From the NCBI GenBank assembly GCA_964412635.1, contig CAYPPQ010000001.1, positions 46,382 to 110,381 of the forward strand: DNA of 64,000 nucleotides, written 5' to 3'. Made by a program: the position numbers and the translations under genes. Each line of letters begins with the position of its first letter. The stretch's first letter is position 1. Shown piece by piece: positions 9,028-19,371 of the stretch. The notes under the pieces were generated by a model. That model saw nothing but the letters and a program-made list of their open reading frames with translations, did no database searches and was not told where the DNA came from. The DNA comes from an uncultured Planctomycetia bacterium. GTDB lineage: Bacteria; Planctomycetota; UBA8108; UBA1146.

Positions 9028-11433
9028 ATGACCAAGATCGACCAGCTGTTTCTGACTACTGCACGCAAATTGGGCCTCATCGATGACGATGGCCTCAAGC
9101 AGATTGCCACCATCGTCGAAGATGGCACGGGAGATGCTGCAGATACCGCTGTTGAACTGGGTCTGATTTCAGCGGAGCAATCCAGCAAGTTGATCTACAA
9201 CATCGAGACCAAGGTACCCCCGCAAAACATTCCTGGCTTCGAGGTGATTTCTCACATCGGTAGGGGTGCCACCAGCACCGTGTGGAAAGCGCGACAGGAA
9301 TCCCTCGGGAAGACGGTCGCTCTGAAAGTGTTTTCCACCTCGGTCACCAAGAAAACAAAACCTGATCAGTTGATCTCCGAAGCACGAAACGCTGCTCGTC
9401 TCAATCATCCCCACATCGTGCATGCCATCGATGCGGGGATCTCTGACGGTTGCTGCTGGTTTGCGATGGAGCTGGTTGAAGGTGAAACACTCCATCAGAA
9501 ACTGAAGCGCAGAGGAGTCCTATCGGAGAGAGAGCTGGGAGAATTCGCCCTGTGCGTCACCCAGGGATTGGCCCACGCTCACTCCGCAGGCCTTCTGCAC
9601 CGGGATCTCAAACCTGGCAACATCCTCATCTCCGAAGATGGCGTTCCCAAGATCACCGATCTGGGCCTGGCTCTCGCTGAAGAAGAGGCGGGTGATCTCG
9701 ATTCCGGAGAACGCCGCAAGGGAACTCCTCACTACATCTCGCCCGAGCAGATCCGTGGAGACAACATCGATGCGAGGAGTGATCTGTACTCCCTCGGCGC
9801 CACTCTTTATCACTGTGCGACCGGACGCCCACCCTTCCAGGGCAAGAGCACCAAGGAGATCCTGAAAAAACACCTCCATGAAGAACTGATTCCCGTCGAT
9901 ACCCTGGCCAACAGGTCGTCACCGATTCATGAGATCATCGAGAAGTTACTGTCAAAAACTCCTTCCGATCGATTCTCCAGTGCAGAAGAGGTCATCGAGG
10001 CACTCAACAACGCCAGTGTCGATAAAGCGCATGAATCCGTCAGTGCTCCCCGAAGCAAGAGACGGGTGTCTTCCACCGTTGCTGGCAAGACTCCCGTTCG
10101 AAGGGTTGTCTCCGGAGTTTCTCGTGGTTCGTTGCAGAGCAAGAACACCCTGATCTCGAAGATCGGAGTCGGTGTAGGGATTGCGATCTCGATGATGATG
10201 GTCGTCTCGGCCGCTTCCAAGGCGAATCAGGAAGCTCCCGGTTTCAGTGAACAGATCGCCAGTCACCGCGATGAGATCTATCAAAAGAAGATCAAGTTGC
10301 GTATGGACGCCACAGTCGTCGACCATGAGCGAGAAGAAGCCAATGCTGAGACAATGCTCAAATCGATCCTGTCACAGGATCAAGATATCCAGGTCAGAGC
10401 ATTGCAGCAGGCACTGAAATCCCACTGTGCAACCAGGGCCTCCGCTGACATGAGCGATGCTCTGGACCGGATCCGGGGTGACATCGTTCGCTCCAGACAG
10501 GAGGACGGTCGTACGGTGCTGGCGGAGGCGACCGCTCTCGCCAACGAGGGGAAATTGTGGCCAGCGGTCAAACTTCTTGACGACAGACCCAGTTCTGCCC
10601 GCAAGGATCAAGATCTCAACAATGACATCGAAAAACTACTCGCCAACTGGGAAGCGGAAATCGACTCGAGATTTGCAGTGGATTTCCAGAAGATCGGTTT
10701 CCACCGCGACCGTCGGGAGTTTTCAGAGGCTCTCGCCTTGATCGATGAAATCGAAGGCTATGCCGACCCCGATAACGCAGAGGACGCCACCAAGATGCGG
10801 GACGTCATCATCCAGACCCGGGAAAGGTTGGCAATCGAGGAGTCGAAGCGTCGATTGACCGAAGAAAGCAGCAAGTATCGTGAGCTGTGGGCGAACTACC
10901 AGGAGAAAGCGCTCGCACGCGACATCAAGGGAATGATCAGTCTCGCTGTATCTCTCGATGCAGAACTGGTAGTGAAGGAAGTGAAGGACCGACTTGAATC
11001 GGACCTTCTCGCCTTCAGTCTCCTCGATGGCTTCATCAAGGAGGCAATTCAGGAGCTGGTCGAGAAGGGTGAGAGCGGCAAGGAGGTCGCACTCGAACGA
11101 ATCCCGCTCGGCTCCAGCACCAAGAACAGGATCGATCGCGGCGTCGTCGATCGTGTCGATAGCCAGAATGTCTGGATCAAGCTTTCATCGGAAAACGCCA
11201 TCCTGCCGATGAAAATCATTGATATCACCGACGCTTTCCTCTTTCAGCAGGTTGCAGATCGACATGGCAAGAGCAGTGTCGAGTACCGGATCCCACTCGG
11301 ACTCCTGAGCATGTACCGGGGGCTTTTCGATGTTGCAGCGGAGAACTACCGGATCGCCGAGGAGAAAGGGCCCCGTCCCGACACCTGGATCGAGAAGCTC
11401 GAGTGGGTCAAGAAGAACGCCCGGATGCGCTGA
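9028..11433 (+). CDS. Ser/Thr protein kinase with N-terminal GSPII_E_N/MshEN-like domain, one TM helix and a large C-terminal extracytoplasmic domain
   Basis: Kinase subdomains are present: GRGATSTVWKA, ALKVF, HRDLKPGNIL, DLGLA and SPEQ. The N-terminal 60 aa (ARKLGLIDDDGL...VELGLISAEQ) resemble the T2SS-E N-domain. The TM helix is GVGVGIAISMMMVVSAA. Confidence 0.9.
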   Translation: MTKIDQLFLTTARKLGLIDDDGLKQIATIVEDGTGDAADTAVELGLISAEQSSKLIYNIETKVPPQNIPGFEVISHIGRGATSTVWKARQESLGKTVALKVFSTSVTKKTKPDQLISEARNAARLNHPHIVHAIDAGISDGCCWFAMELVEGETLHQKLKRRGVLSERELGEFALCVTQGLAHAHSAGLLHRDLKPGNILISEDGVPKITDLGLALAEEEAGDLDSGERRKGTPHYISPEQIRGDNIDARSDLYSLGATLYHCATGRPPFQGKSTKEILKKHLHEELIPVDTLANRSSPIHEIIEKLLSKTPSDRFSSAEEVIEALNNASVDKAHESVSAPRSKRRVSSTVAGKTPVRRVVSGVSRGSLQSKNTLISKIGVGVGIAISMMMVVSAASKANQEAPGFSEQIASHRDEIYQKKIKLRMDATVVDHEREEANAETMLKSILSQDQDIQVRALQQALKSHCATRASADMSDALDRIRGDIVRSRQEDGRTVLAEATALANEGKLWPAVKLLDDRPSSARKDQDLNNDIEKLLANWEAEIDSRFAVDFQKIGFHRDRREFSEALALIDEIEGYADPDNAEDATKMRDVIIQTRERLAIEESKRRLTEESSKYRELWANYQEKALARDIKGMISLAVSLDAELVVKEVKDRLESDLLAFSLLDGFIKEAIQELVEKGESGKEVALERIPLGSSTKNRIDRGVVDRVDSQNVWIKLSSENAILPMKIIDITDAFLFQQVADRHGKSSVEYRIPLGLLSMYRGLFDVAAENYRIAEEKGPRPDTWIEKLEWVKKNARMR

Positions 11434-11444
11434 TCTTCAACGCC

Positions 11445-12047
11445 TCATCGCTCCATTGCTGCTGATATTCTTTTCCAGTCATGCGGATCATCGACATCCT
11501 CCAGAACCAGCGGATTCTCCGTCACGATGTACTCGACCTTGATCTCGGGTGCGGTCAGCAGCGCTCTCAGATGTGGCGGCCCCTCCGCTTCTTTCAGACG
11601 GACGATGCTCTGCCGCCGCACCACAACAGGATGCCCTCTCCGTTGACCATGGGAAATGATCCACGCATCCACCCGGCTATCCGCATCACTGCTGGCTGCA
11701 TCGATGATGGAAGTCACATCTTTCACACCGATGCCAACGACATCGACTGGATGAATCAACACCGCATCCCAGTCGCCAGGTTCACTGATTCCCGTTCGAA
11801 TGCTGGTCACTGGACCTTCAAGAGGGTTTTCATTGATGACGACGTTGGCACCGGACTTCTTCGCCTCATCGTTCACCACCTCCCGGTGCGACCCTCCACA
11901 AACGACGAGTACTTCCTCGCAACCGCCTTCTCGAAGGCAATCGACCAGTCTCTGTAATATTGATTTTCCGTGCAACTGGAGAAGAGCCTTCGGAGAACCG
12001 AAGCGACTCGATTCACCCGCAGCGATGATGATTCCGCGAATCTTCAT
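11445..12047 (-). CDS. MobA/MocA-like nucleotidyltransferase (NTP_transf_3, molybdenum-cofactor nucleotidyltransferase family)
   Basis: The N-terminal IIAAGESSRFGSPKAL motif matches the MobA/MocA LAGGxSxRMG...K signature. At 200 aa it is the right size. Its ATG at 12047 overlaps the TGA of the upstream helicase gene (ATGA). Confidence 0.65.
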   Translation of the reverse strand: MKIRGIIIAAGESSRFGSPKALLQLHGKSILQRLVDCLREGGCEEVLVVCGGSHREVVNDEAKKSGANVVINENPLEGPVTSIRTGISEPGDWDAVLIHPVDVVGIGVKDVTSIIDAASSDADSRVDAWIISHGQRRGHPVVVRRQSIVRLKEAEGPPHLRALLTAPEIKVEYIVTENPLVLEDVDDPHDWKRISAAMER

Positions 12048-14608
12048 CGGATCTTTTCATCGAGCTGAGAGGCGACGAAAAACGCATCCATGGCGGTTCT
12101 GATTTCTTCCCAGGACCCCTGCACTCGACGGCAGTCTGGCAAGCTGCTGAGGAATCTTTTGCCATACGGTTTGTTGACGATCCGAGCATCACCGATCACG
12201 ACGACACCCCGGTCTTCGAGGGTCCTGATCAATCGACCGAAGCCTTGACGCAAACCCAGTATCGCTCTCGGTAGTGCCAGGTGTGCAAAAGGGCTCTTGC
12301 CCCTCGCTTCCAGATCCTCCGCCCTCCCCTGCTCGAGGGGATGGTGTGGAATCCTGAATGGCAGCCTGGCGATGACCACGCAGGAGAGAGCCGCCCCAGG
12401 AACATCGATGCCCTCCCAGTACGATTGATTGCCAAAGAGCACTGCTCGACCTGAATCGACAAATCTTCTCAGCAATTCAGTTCTGGGAAGGTCGCCCTGA
12501 GCCAGCAGCGGCATCCCCATCGCCTGCAGCGCTGGTCTCACCTTTTCTGCTGTACGCTTCAGTGCTTGATGTGAGGTGAAGAGGACGAAAGTTCTCCCGC
12601 TGGCAGATCTCGCAGCATCTTGAATCACCTCGGCGATTCGCTGGTCGTAGCCAGAACGACCCGGCTCCGGGATATCTTCCGGTAGCCCCAGCAGCACCTG
12701 TTTCTGCCAGTCGAAGGGTGAACTGAAGTCCTCCCTTCGCAACCGCTCTCTTTCGACATGGTCCCAACCAAGACGATCGCTGAGGAAATTCCAGGACTCC
12801 CCCACCCGCAGCGTTGCACTGGTCTGGATCACCGTGCCCACAGGACCGTACAGATGTTCAGAAAGAAGTTCATCGACTCGTAGTGGAGCTGCACGGACAA
12901 GCACCTGTTTCTGCGGTTTCGAGGCCATCTCGATCCACGGCTGAATACCTCCGCCAGCACCGAGCACGAAATCGATGGCCGAAATCTGCTCTGAAACTGA
13001 TCGAAGTGCAGATCGAAGTTCGACAGCTGCAACCTGGTATTCCATCTCCGGCTCGAACGGATCATCCTCGAGTGCTTCCATGCATCTCTTCAGAACTCCC
13101 AGCAAATCATCGAGCCCCTCCCTGGCATCGGAGAGGGGCGGGGCCACCACCGTCAACGGCAACATCCCCTCGCGATCGCCAATTCTCGCCATGAATGATC
13201 CTTCTTGACCATTCGATTCACCGACCAGGTGAGCAGAATCGAGAACCCGCACCTCCAGTCGCTGGAGAGCAGCCTCGACCACCTTCCTGACCGTCACGAC
13301 ACGCCCCAGGACATCCATCGAGAGAAGTTCGTGGGCGCGGCCCTGGTGATGCCTGGACAGATGCTGACGTAGCCACGGAAGTCGGCCACTCTCTCTCGAT
13401 CCCCGCTTCCCCTTCGGCGATACCAGTCGGCCAAGGACCTGGAGCAAACCGCGGCGAGATACCTCTGACCCGAGATGGTGGCAGGCGACCTCTTCCAGAT
13501 GATGCCCTTCATCGAAGATGACCTTCTGGTAGCCGGGAATCACCAGATCGCTATCGAAGTCTCCTGTCGACCTCCTCAATTTCAGATCAGCGAAGAGAAG
13601 ATGATGATTGACCACCACGATATGTGCGCCGAAGGATCGTCGCCTCGCTTCGTAGTAGTAGCACTCCCGGTAATGGGGACATCGAGCCTTCAGTGACTGA
13701 TCGGAGGTGGATTGAAAGTCAGACCAGATTTCGTCGGGAACTTCTCCGGGCATCTCCTGACGGGTTCCATGTTTCGCCTCTCCCAGTCGATCGATGACAT
13801 CTGCGTACCAGCTCGCCTTTTCATCATCCTCGGAGAAGATCTCTGGCTCCATCGACACCTGCTTCAGCTTTCTTCGACAGGCGTAATTTCCCCGCCCTTG
13901 AATCAAGGCGAAGCGGAAGTCGACCCCCAGAACTCTTTGCAGTGCCGGAAGATCGCGGTGAACCAGTTGCTCCCCCAGTGGAATCGTGGCAGTGGAGATC
14001 ACCACTCGCCCTCGATTCCTCACCGCCCACAAGATCGAAGGAACCAGATAGGCGTATGACTTACCGACTCCGGTACCCGCTTCCAGCGCGGCGATGTCTC
14101 CCTGGTTCAGTGCTGCTGCCACTGATCGCGCCATCGCCATCTGCCCGGGCCGTTCCTGGTAGTCTGGAAATGCACCGGAAAACACTCCCCCATCGCGGAA
14201 GATCTCGTCGATCTCCTGGGGATCGACGGCAACCTCCTGGCGCTCGGGAAACGGCTCGACAACCCTGTTTATCCGGGTCGCATCGTTATTGATGATGAAG
14301 AATCCGAGGCGACGGGCTCCCGCTTCCGAGGCGATGGACATGTCCGCCGGACTGGGCGTCAGATCTCCTCCAGGATGATTGTGGATGAGAACTTCGTAGT
14401 TTTCATCGACGGCACGGGAGAGAAAAACAGGGACCTCGGAGGAGCGCCCCCGAGCAATCGCCTCGACCTCGTGGAGCTGTGACTCCCGGTCAAGGCGGCC
14501 CAGAAAGAAGACCTCGTTGCTTCCTGCTTCAGCGATGGTACTGGCCAGGAAATCCTGAACTCCTGGGGCCAGTAACTGATCGCTTTCAATTCCCTCGGTA
14601 CGACCCAA
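12044..14608 (-). CDS. RadC-like JAB/MPN domain fused to DinG-family Fe-S ATP-dependent DNA helicase
   Basis: The N-terminus has the JAMM motif HNHPGGDLTPSPAD (HxHx7Sx2D, resembling RadC HNHPSG). The helicase motif I is EAGTGVGKSYA. The 4-Cys Fe-S insert is NYACRR...ARCPHYRECYYY. The DEGH box is FDEGHHLEE, and the C-terminal helicase motif is QSYWEGIDVPG. The start is a TTG at 14608 with a GGAGAGG RBS 9-10 nt upstream. Confidence 0.8.
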   Translation of the reverse strand: MGRTEGIESDQLLAPGVQDFLASTIAEAGSNEVFFLGRLDRESQLHEVEAIARGRSSEVPVFLSRAVDENYEVLIHNHPGGDLTPSPADMSIASEAGARRLGFFIINNDATRINRVVEPFPERQEVAVDPQEIDEIFRDGGVFSGAFPDYQERPGQMAMARSVAAALNQGDIAALEAGTGVGKSYAYLVPSILWAVRNRGRVVISTATIPLGEQLVHRDLPALQRVLGVDFRFALIQGRGNYACRRKLKQVSMEPEIFSEDDEKASWYADVIDRLGEAKHGTRQEMPGEVPDEIWSDFQSTSDQSLKARCPHYRECYYYEARRRSFGAHIVVVNHHLLFADLKLRRSTGDFDSDLVIPGYQKVIFDEGHHLEEVACHHLGSEVSRRGLLQVLGRLVSPKGKRGSRESGRLPWLRQHLSRHHQGRAHELLSMDVLGRVVTVRKVVEAALQRLEVRVLDSAHLVGESNGQEGSFMARIGDREGMLPLTVVAPPLSDAREGLDDLLGVLKRCMEALEDDPFEPEMEYQVAAVELRSALRSVSEQISAIDFVLGAGGGIQPWIEMASKPQKQVLVRAAPLRVDELLSEHLYGPVGTVIQTSATLRVGESWNFLSDRLGWDHVERERLRREDFSSPFDWQKQVLLGLPEDIPEPGRSGYDQRIAEVIQDAARSASGRTFVLFTSHQALKRTAEKVRPALQAMGMPLLAQGDLPRTELLRRFVDSGRAVLFGNQSYWEGIDVPGAALSCVVIARLPFRIPHHPLEQGRAEDLEARGKSPFAHLALPRAILGLRQGFGRLIRTLEDRGVVVIGDARIVNKPYGKRFLSSLPDCRRVQGSWEEIRTAMDAFFVASQLDEKIR

Positions 14609-14692
14609 TATCTCGATCCTCTCCGGAACAGATACCGATCATCGCCGACAGCGGTGGCCGAGCAAGCGAGCACTCGTTTCTCCCCAAGAAAA

Positions 14693-14730
14693 AACTCCCT
14701 GCCAGGAACCGATGTTCCTGGCAGGGAGTT
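14693..14730 (-). terminator. rho-independent terminator for the dockerin-protein gene
   Basis: A perfect 17-bp stem, aactccctgccaggaac / gttcctggcagggagtt, with loop cgat. On the minus-strand transcript it is followed by UUUUUUCUUGG. It separates the 14763..16523 gene from the helicase operon. Confidence 0.7.
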
Positions 14731-14762
14731 GCACAGTCCAGTCCGGTGTCACCGGTGCTGGA

Positions 14763-16523
14763 TCAGCAGCCCGAGGTCGGGCTCAAGCAGTCGAGTGGAT
14801 CGGTATCGGTCGGATCAAGTCCACAAGCATCACCTGGTGCTGGAGGTGCCGCTCCGCCGGAGAAGAGGAAACCAAGCAGGTAAACCGCATCTCCGATGTT
14901 CATCGATCCATCGTCATTGGTGTCCGCAGAGTCATCACAAGAAGGTGCCACTCCTCCGGAGAAGAGGAAACCGAGCAGACTCACGGCGTCACCGATATTG
15001 ATGGATCCGTCAGAGTTGACGTCACCACGACGGAACTGGATTCCACCGACATTGCAGGAAGGATCCGCGAAGCAATCGGGATCATCGCAATCTGCCAGGG
15101 AATCTCCATCGTCGTCGATTCCGTTGGTGCAGTCCTCAACAGGTCCAGTGGTCGGTGGCATTCCGCTGTGGTAGAGCCTGCAGCTGATTCCCCCGAACTC
15201 GAACTGAGCACTGTAACTCTCGTTGATTCCATCGTTGTCAGCATCGACGTCCGGATTGATTCCGAAGGTGCCGAGCAGATCGACGAGATTCCCTGCGAAG
15301 GGTGGTGGTGCCGGCTGAGTGAGCAAGAACGCCTGGGTCAGGAATGCATCTGTCGGTGTACTCTGGAACTCGTACACACCGGACAAGGTTCCCGGATAAA
15401 AATCGGCTTCCACGGTCAGATTGTTGAGTGGGATACCCGAAACGTAAATCGTTCCCGGACCCGCAATCAGGTGTCCCGCCTCGAGGGTTCCACCCGGGAA
15501 GCTTGAAATCGGATCTCCCGTGACCTGGTCGTAGTCGAGAGAATCGATGACGAACTCGTTAAAGCCATCCCCGTTGTTGGTCGTATCTCCATCCAGATCG
15601 AAACCACCGAATGCGTTCAGGGTGATGTTGTCATCATCCGAGTAGGTGGGATCATCCAGATCTGCAACTTCGAGCAGGAACGGGAAGTTCTCGAGATTAC
15701 TGGCGAGCAATGCATTGAGTCCATCGGTGATCGTCGGATTGGATCCCAGAATTCCACCGGTCACCACCTGCGAGGTCGCAACAAATCCATCGACATCAGG
15801 ATGGTACGAGTAGAACAGGTCGCAGGAAATTCCACCGAACTCGAATACTGCCGTGTAGCTTTCGTTCACTCCATCCCCATCCGCATCGTGATCGGGAAAG
15901 ATGCCGAAAGAATCGAGGGTATCGACCAGGGTGCCGGCAAAGGGCGGAGGCGCTGGCTGTGTGGCCAGGAATGCCTGGGTCAGGAATGCGTCGGTCGGCG
16001 TGCTCTGGAACTCGTAGACTCCAGTCAAGGTACCCGGGGTGAAGTCCGCCTCCACGGTCAGGCCGTTGAGGGGAATCCCCCCGACGATGATCGTTCCTGG
16101 CCCTGCGGTCAGGTGACCGTCGACGATATCCCCGTCAGGAAAGCTGGAGATCGGCTCCCCGGTGGTGGAATCGAGGCTGTAGGGGTCGATGACGAACTGG
16201 TTGGCTCCCGAGCCATTATTGGTCGGATCGCCGTCGATATCGTATCCCCCGAAGGTGTTCAGGGTGATGTTGTCGTCGTTGGTGTAGGTCGGGTCGTCGA
16301 GACCTTCTACTTCCAGCAGAAATGGAGAAGTCAGAAGGCGCTCGGCAAGCAGTGCATTCAGTCCCTCTGTGATCGTTGGATTTGATCCAAGGATGCCACC
16401 TACCACTACCTCTGAGGTGGCCACGAATCCTTGCTTGGAAAACTGGGCATTGGCGTCACTGCTCGGAAGGAGCAGCAGAAAAAGAAACACAGGTGTAAAA
16501 GTGCGAACAAAAAGGCGATTCAT
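14763..16523 (-). CDS. secreted protein with two 214-aa tandem repeat modules and a C-terminal Cys-rich linker plus double dockerin-like repeat
   Basis: There is a signal peptide, MNRLFVRTFTPVFLFLLLLPSSDANA. Two repeats begin GFVATS(E/Q)VV..GGILGSNPTIT and end EFGGISC. The C-terminus has two copies of GDVNSDGSINIGDAVSLLGFLFSGG, which is dockerin type I-like calcium-binding sequence. Confidence 0.7.
   Translation of the reverse strand: MNRLFVRTFTPVFLFLLLLPSSDANAQFSKQGFVATSEVVVGGILGSNPTITEGLNALLAERLLTSPFLLEVEGLDDPTYTNDDNITLNTFGGYDIDGDPTNNGSGANQFVIDPYSLDSTTGEPISSFPDGDIVDGHLTAGPGTIIVGGIPLNGLTVEADFTPGTLTGVYEFQSTPTDAFLTQAFLATQPAPPPFAGTLVDTLDSFGIFPDHDADGDGVNESYTAVFEFGGISCDLFYSYHPDVDGFVATSQVVTGGILGSNPTITDGLNALLASNLENFPFLLEVADLDDPTYSDDDNITLNAFGGFDLDGDTTNNGDGFNEFVIDSLDYDQVTGDPISSFPGGTLEAGHLIAGPGTIYVSGIPLNNLTVEADFYPGTLSGVYEFQSTPTDAFLTQAFLLTQPAPPPFAGNLVDLLGTFGINPDVDADNDGINESYSAQFEFGGISCRLYHSGMPPTTGPVEDCTNGIDDDGDSLADCDDPDCFADPSCNVGGIQFRRGDVNSDGSINIGDAVSLLGFLFSGGVAPSCDDSADTNDDGSMNIGDAVYLLGFLFSGGAAPPAPGDACGLDPTDTDPLDCLSPTSGC
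15159..16430 (-). repeat. direct tandem duplication, 2 x 642 bp, inside the dockerin-protein gene
   Basis: Protein repeat 1 (aa 32-245) and repeat 2 (aa 246-455) are about 75% identical. Long DNA stretches are conserved, for example ctgggtcaggaatgc(a/g)tc(t/g)gtcgg(t/c)gt(a/g)ctctggaactcgta at about 15341 and about 15971. Confidence 0.8.
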
Positions 16524-16623
16524 CCATCCTCCTCAGGTGATCCTGATAACTAAAAATAGCAATTCCTCATGATCTTCAATCTTCCCGCATAGAGGGGGTC
16601 TTCGATACCGACAATCCTGTCGG

Positions 16624-16655
16624 GACCGCCATTTCTTTTCACAAAAATGGCGGTC
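16624..16655 (-). terminator. 11-bp perfect hairpin downstream of atpC (candidate atp-operon terminator or protein-binding site)
   Basis: The stem is gaccgccattt / aaatggcggtc with loop cttttcacaa. There is no U-tract. A third CCGCCAT copy follows at about 16671. Confidence 0.4.
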
Positions 16656-16703
16656 TCCGATCGACCGGAAACCGCCATAAACTCTTATATATTCATGACT
16701 TGA

Positions 16704-16970
16704 CTAACTGTCTTGGCGCAATCCCTCCGCCAGGACGGACACGTGATTCTCGAGCACCTCGAGGAAGCCTCCGGAAACCGTCCAGTTTTCCTCGGTTCCG
16801 CCAGCGGTGCGGATCCTGAGAGGACCCTCCCCCAGTGCGGTGATGAGAGGTGCATGGCCCGGAAGGATGCCCAGTCGCCCGTCGAGGGCATGGGCCTCCA
16901 CGAAGGAAGCTTCACCATCGAAGATCGATCCATCTGGAGAGAGGACGCAGCAGTGCAAGGTGCCGGCCAT
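16704..16970 (-). CDS. atpC: ATP synthase epsilon subunit, short form (beta-sandwich only)
   Basis: The 88 aa protein (LHCCVLSPDGSIFDGEASFVEAHALDGRLGILPGHAPLITALGEGPLRIRTAGG) is the epsilon N-domain. The C-terminal helical hairpin is absent. Confidence 0.85.
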   Translation of the reverse strand: MAGTLHCCVLSPDGSIFDGEASFVEAHALDGRLGILPGHAPLITALGEGPLRIRTAGGTEENWTVSGGFLEVLENHVSVLAEGLRQDS

Positions 16971-16974
16971 GTGC

Positions 16975-18432
<1,458 letters not shown>

Positions 18433-18472
18433 TTATCCGACGGCATCTGCTCGCCGGAATATCCAGTTTGAA

Positions 18473-19354
18473 TCAGTTCAAGACCTCGGCGCCACCGATC
18501 ACTTCCAGGATCTCCTGGGTGATCGCTCCCTGACGCGTACGGTTGTAGAGCTGAGTGTATTTCGTCGCCATCTCCTCGGCATTGTCGGTCGCATTCTTCA
18601 TCGCAATCCGGCGAGCAATCTGCTCGCTGGCTGCGGCTTCCACCAATGCCTGGAAAAATTGCATTTTCAATGAGAGCGGCAAGAGCCGCCCAAGAATCAG
18701 TTCGGGGCTCGGCTCGAGGATGAACTCGCCACCGCCACTCTTCGTGTCGCTATCAGCGGTTTCGTCGACGGAGATGGGTAACAATTTGCGCAATACAGGC
18801 TCCTGACGAGCTGCATTGATGTAGTGCGTGAACACCACCGATACCCCATCGATCTCGCCCTGTTCAAAACTCGCCATCACCGGCTCGATAACCGCTTCCG
18901 CCTCCTCGAAGGTGGGACGGTCCTCGAATTGAGTCATCGTCTCGGCGGTCTCCCGTCCAAGGTAATTGAAACGGGTGATCCCCTTCTTGCCGAGCATGTA
19001 GACATCGACGGCAGTTCCATTTTTCGCCTGCTCGTCTATGTACACCTCAGCCATCTTCAGGGCATTGGTGTTGTAACCACCGCAAAGACCGCGATTGGCC
19101 GTGACGATGAACAACGCAACCTTGGCCGGTTTCTCGACCTCCCTGAGAAGGGGAAAACTACCGGAAAGCCCATCCCCACAACCACCGAGATCGCGCAGGA
19201 TTTCTGCGAGCTTGTCCCCGTATGGTTGCGTAGCTTCGATCCTCTTCTGACAGACCACGGCCTTGGCGGTGGAGATCATCTCCATCGTCCGCGTGATCTT
19301 CTTGGTGTTATTCACCGATCGGATCTTATTTTTTAGCTCTCTCGAGGTAGCCAC
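18473..19354 (-). CDS. atpG: ATP synthase gamma subunit
   Basis: It starts MATSRELKNKIRSVNNTKKITRTMEMISTAKA and ends ITQEILEVIGGAEVLN, and is 293 aa. Confidence 0.9.
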   Translation of the reverse strand: MATSRELKNKIRSVNNTKKITRTMEMISTAKAVVCQKRIEATQPYGDKLAEILRDLGGCGDGLSGSFPLLREVEKPAKVALFIVTANRGLCGGYNTNALKMAEVYIDEQAKNGTAVDVYMLGKKGITRFNYLGRETAETMTQFEDRPTFEEAEAVIEPVMASFEQGEIDGVSVVFTHYINAARQEPVLRKLLPISVDETADSDTKSGGGEFILEPSPELILGRLLPLSLKMQFFQALVEAAASEQIARRIAMKNATDNAEEMATKYTQLYNRTRQGAITQEILEVIGGAEVLN

Positions 19355-19371
19355 TGTATCTCCTCGCCTCG

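Noticed and set aside
14712-15506. 264 aa plus-strand ORF (and 15801..16385 plus-strand) inside the dockerin-protein gene
   Set aside because: It lies antisense to a well-supported gene with signal peptide, repeats and dockerin. It is rich in R/S/G, as expected for a high-GC shadow frame, and has no recognisable motif.
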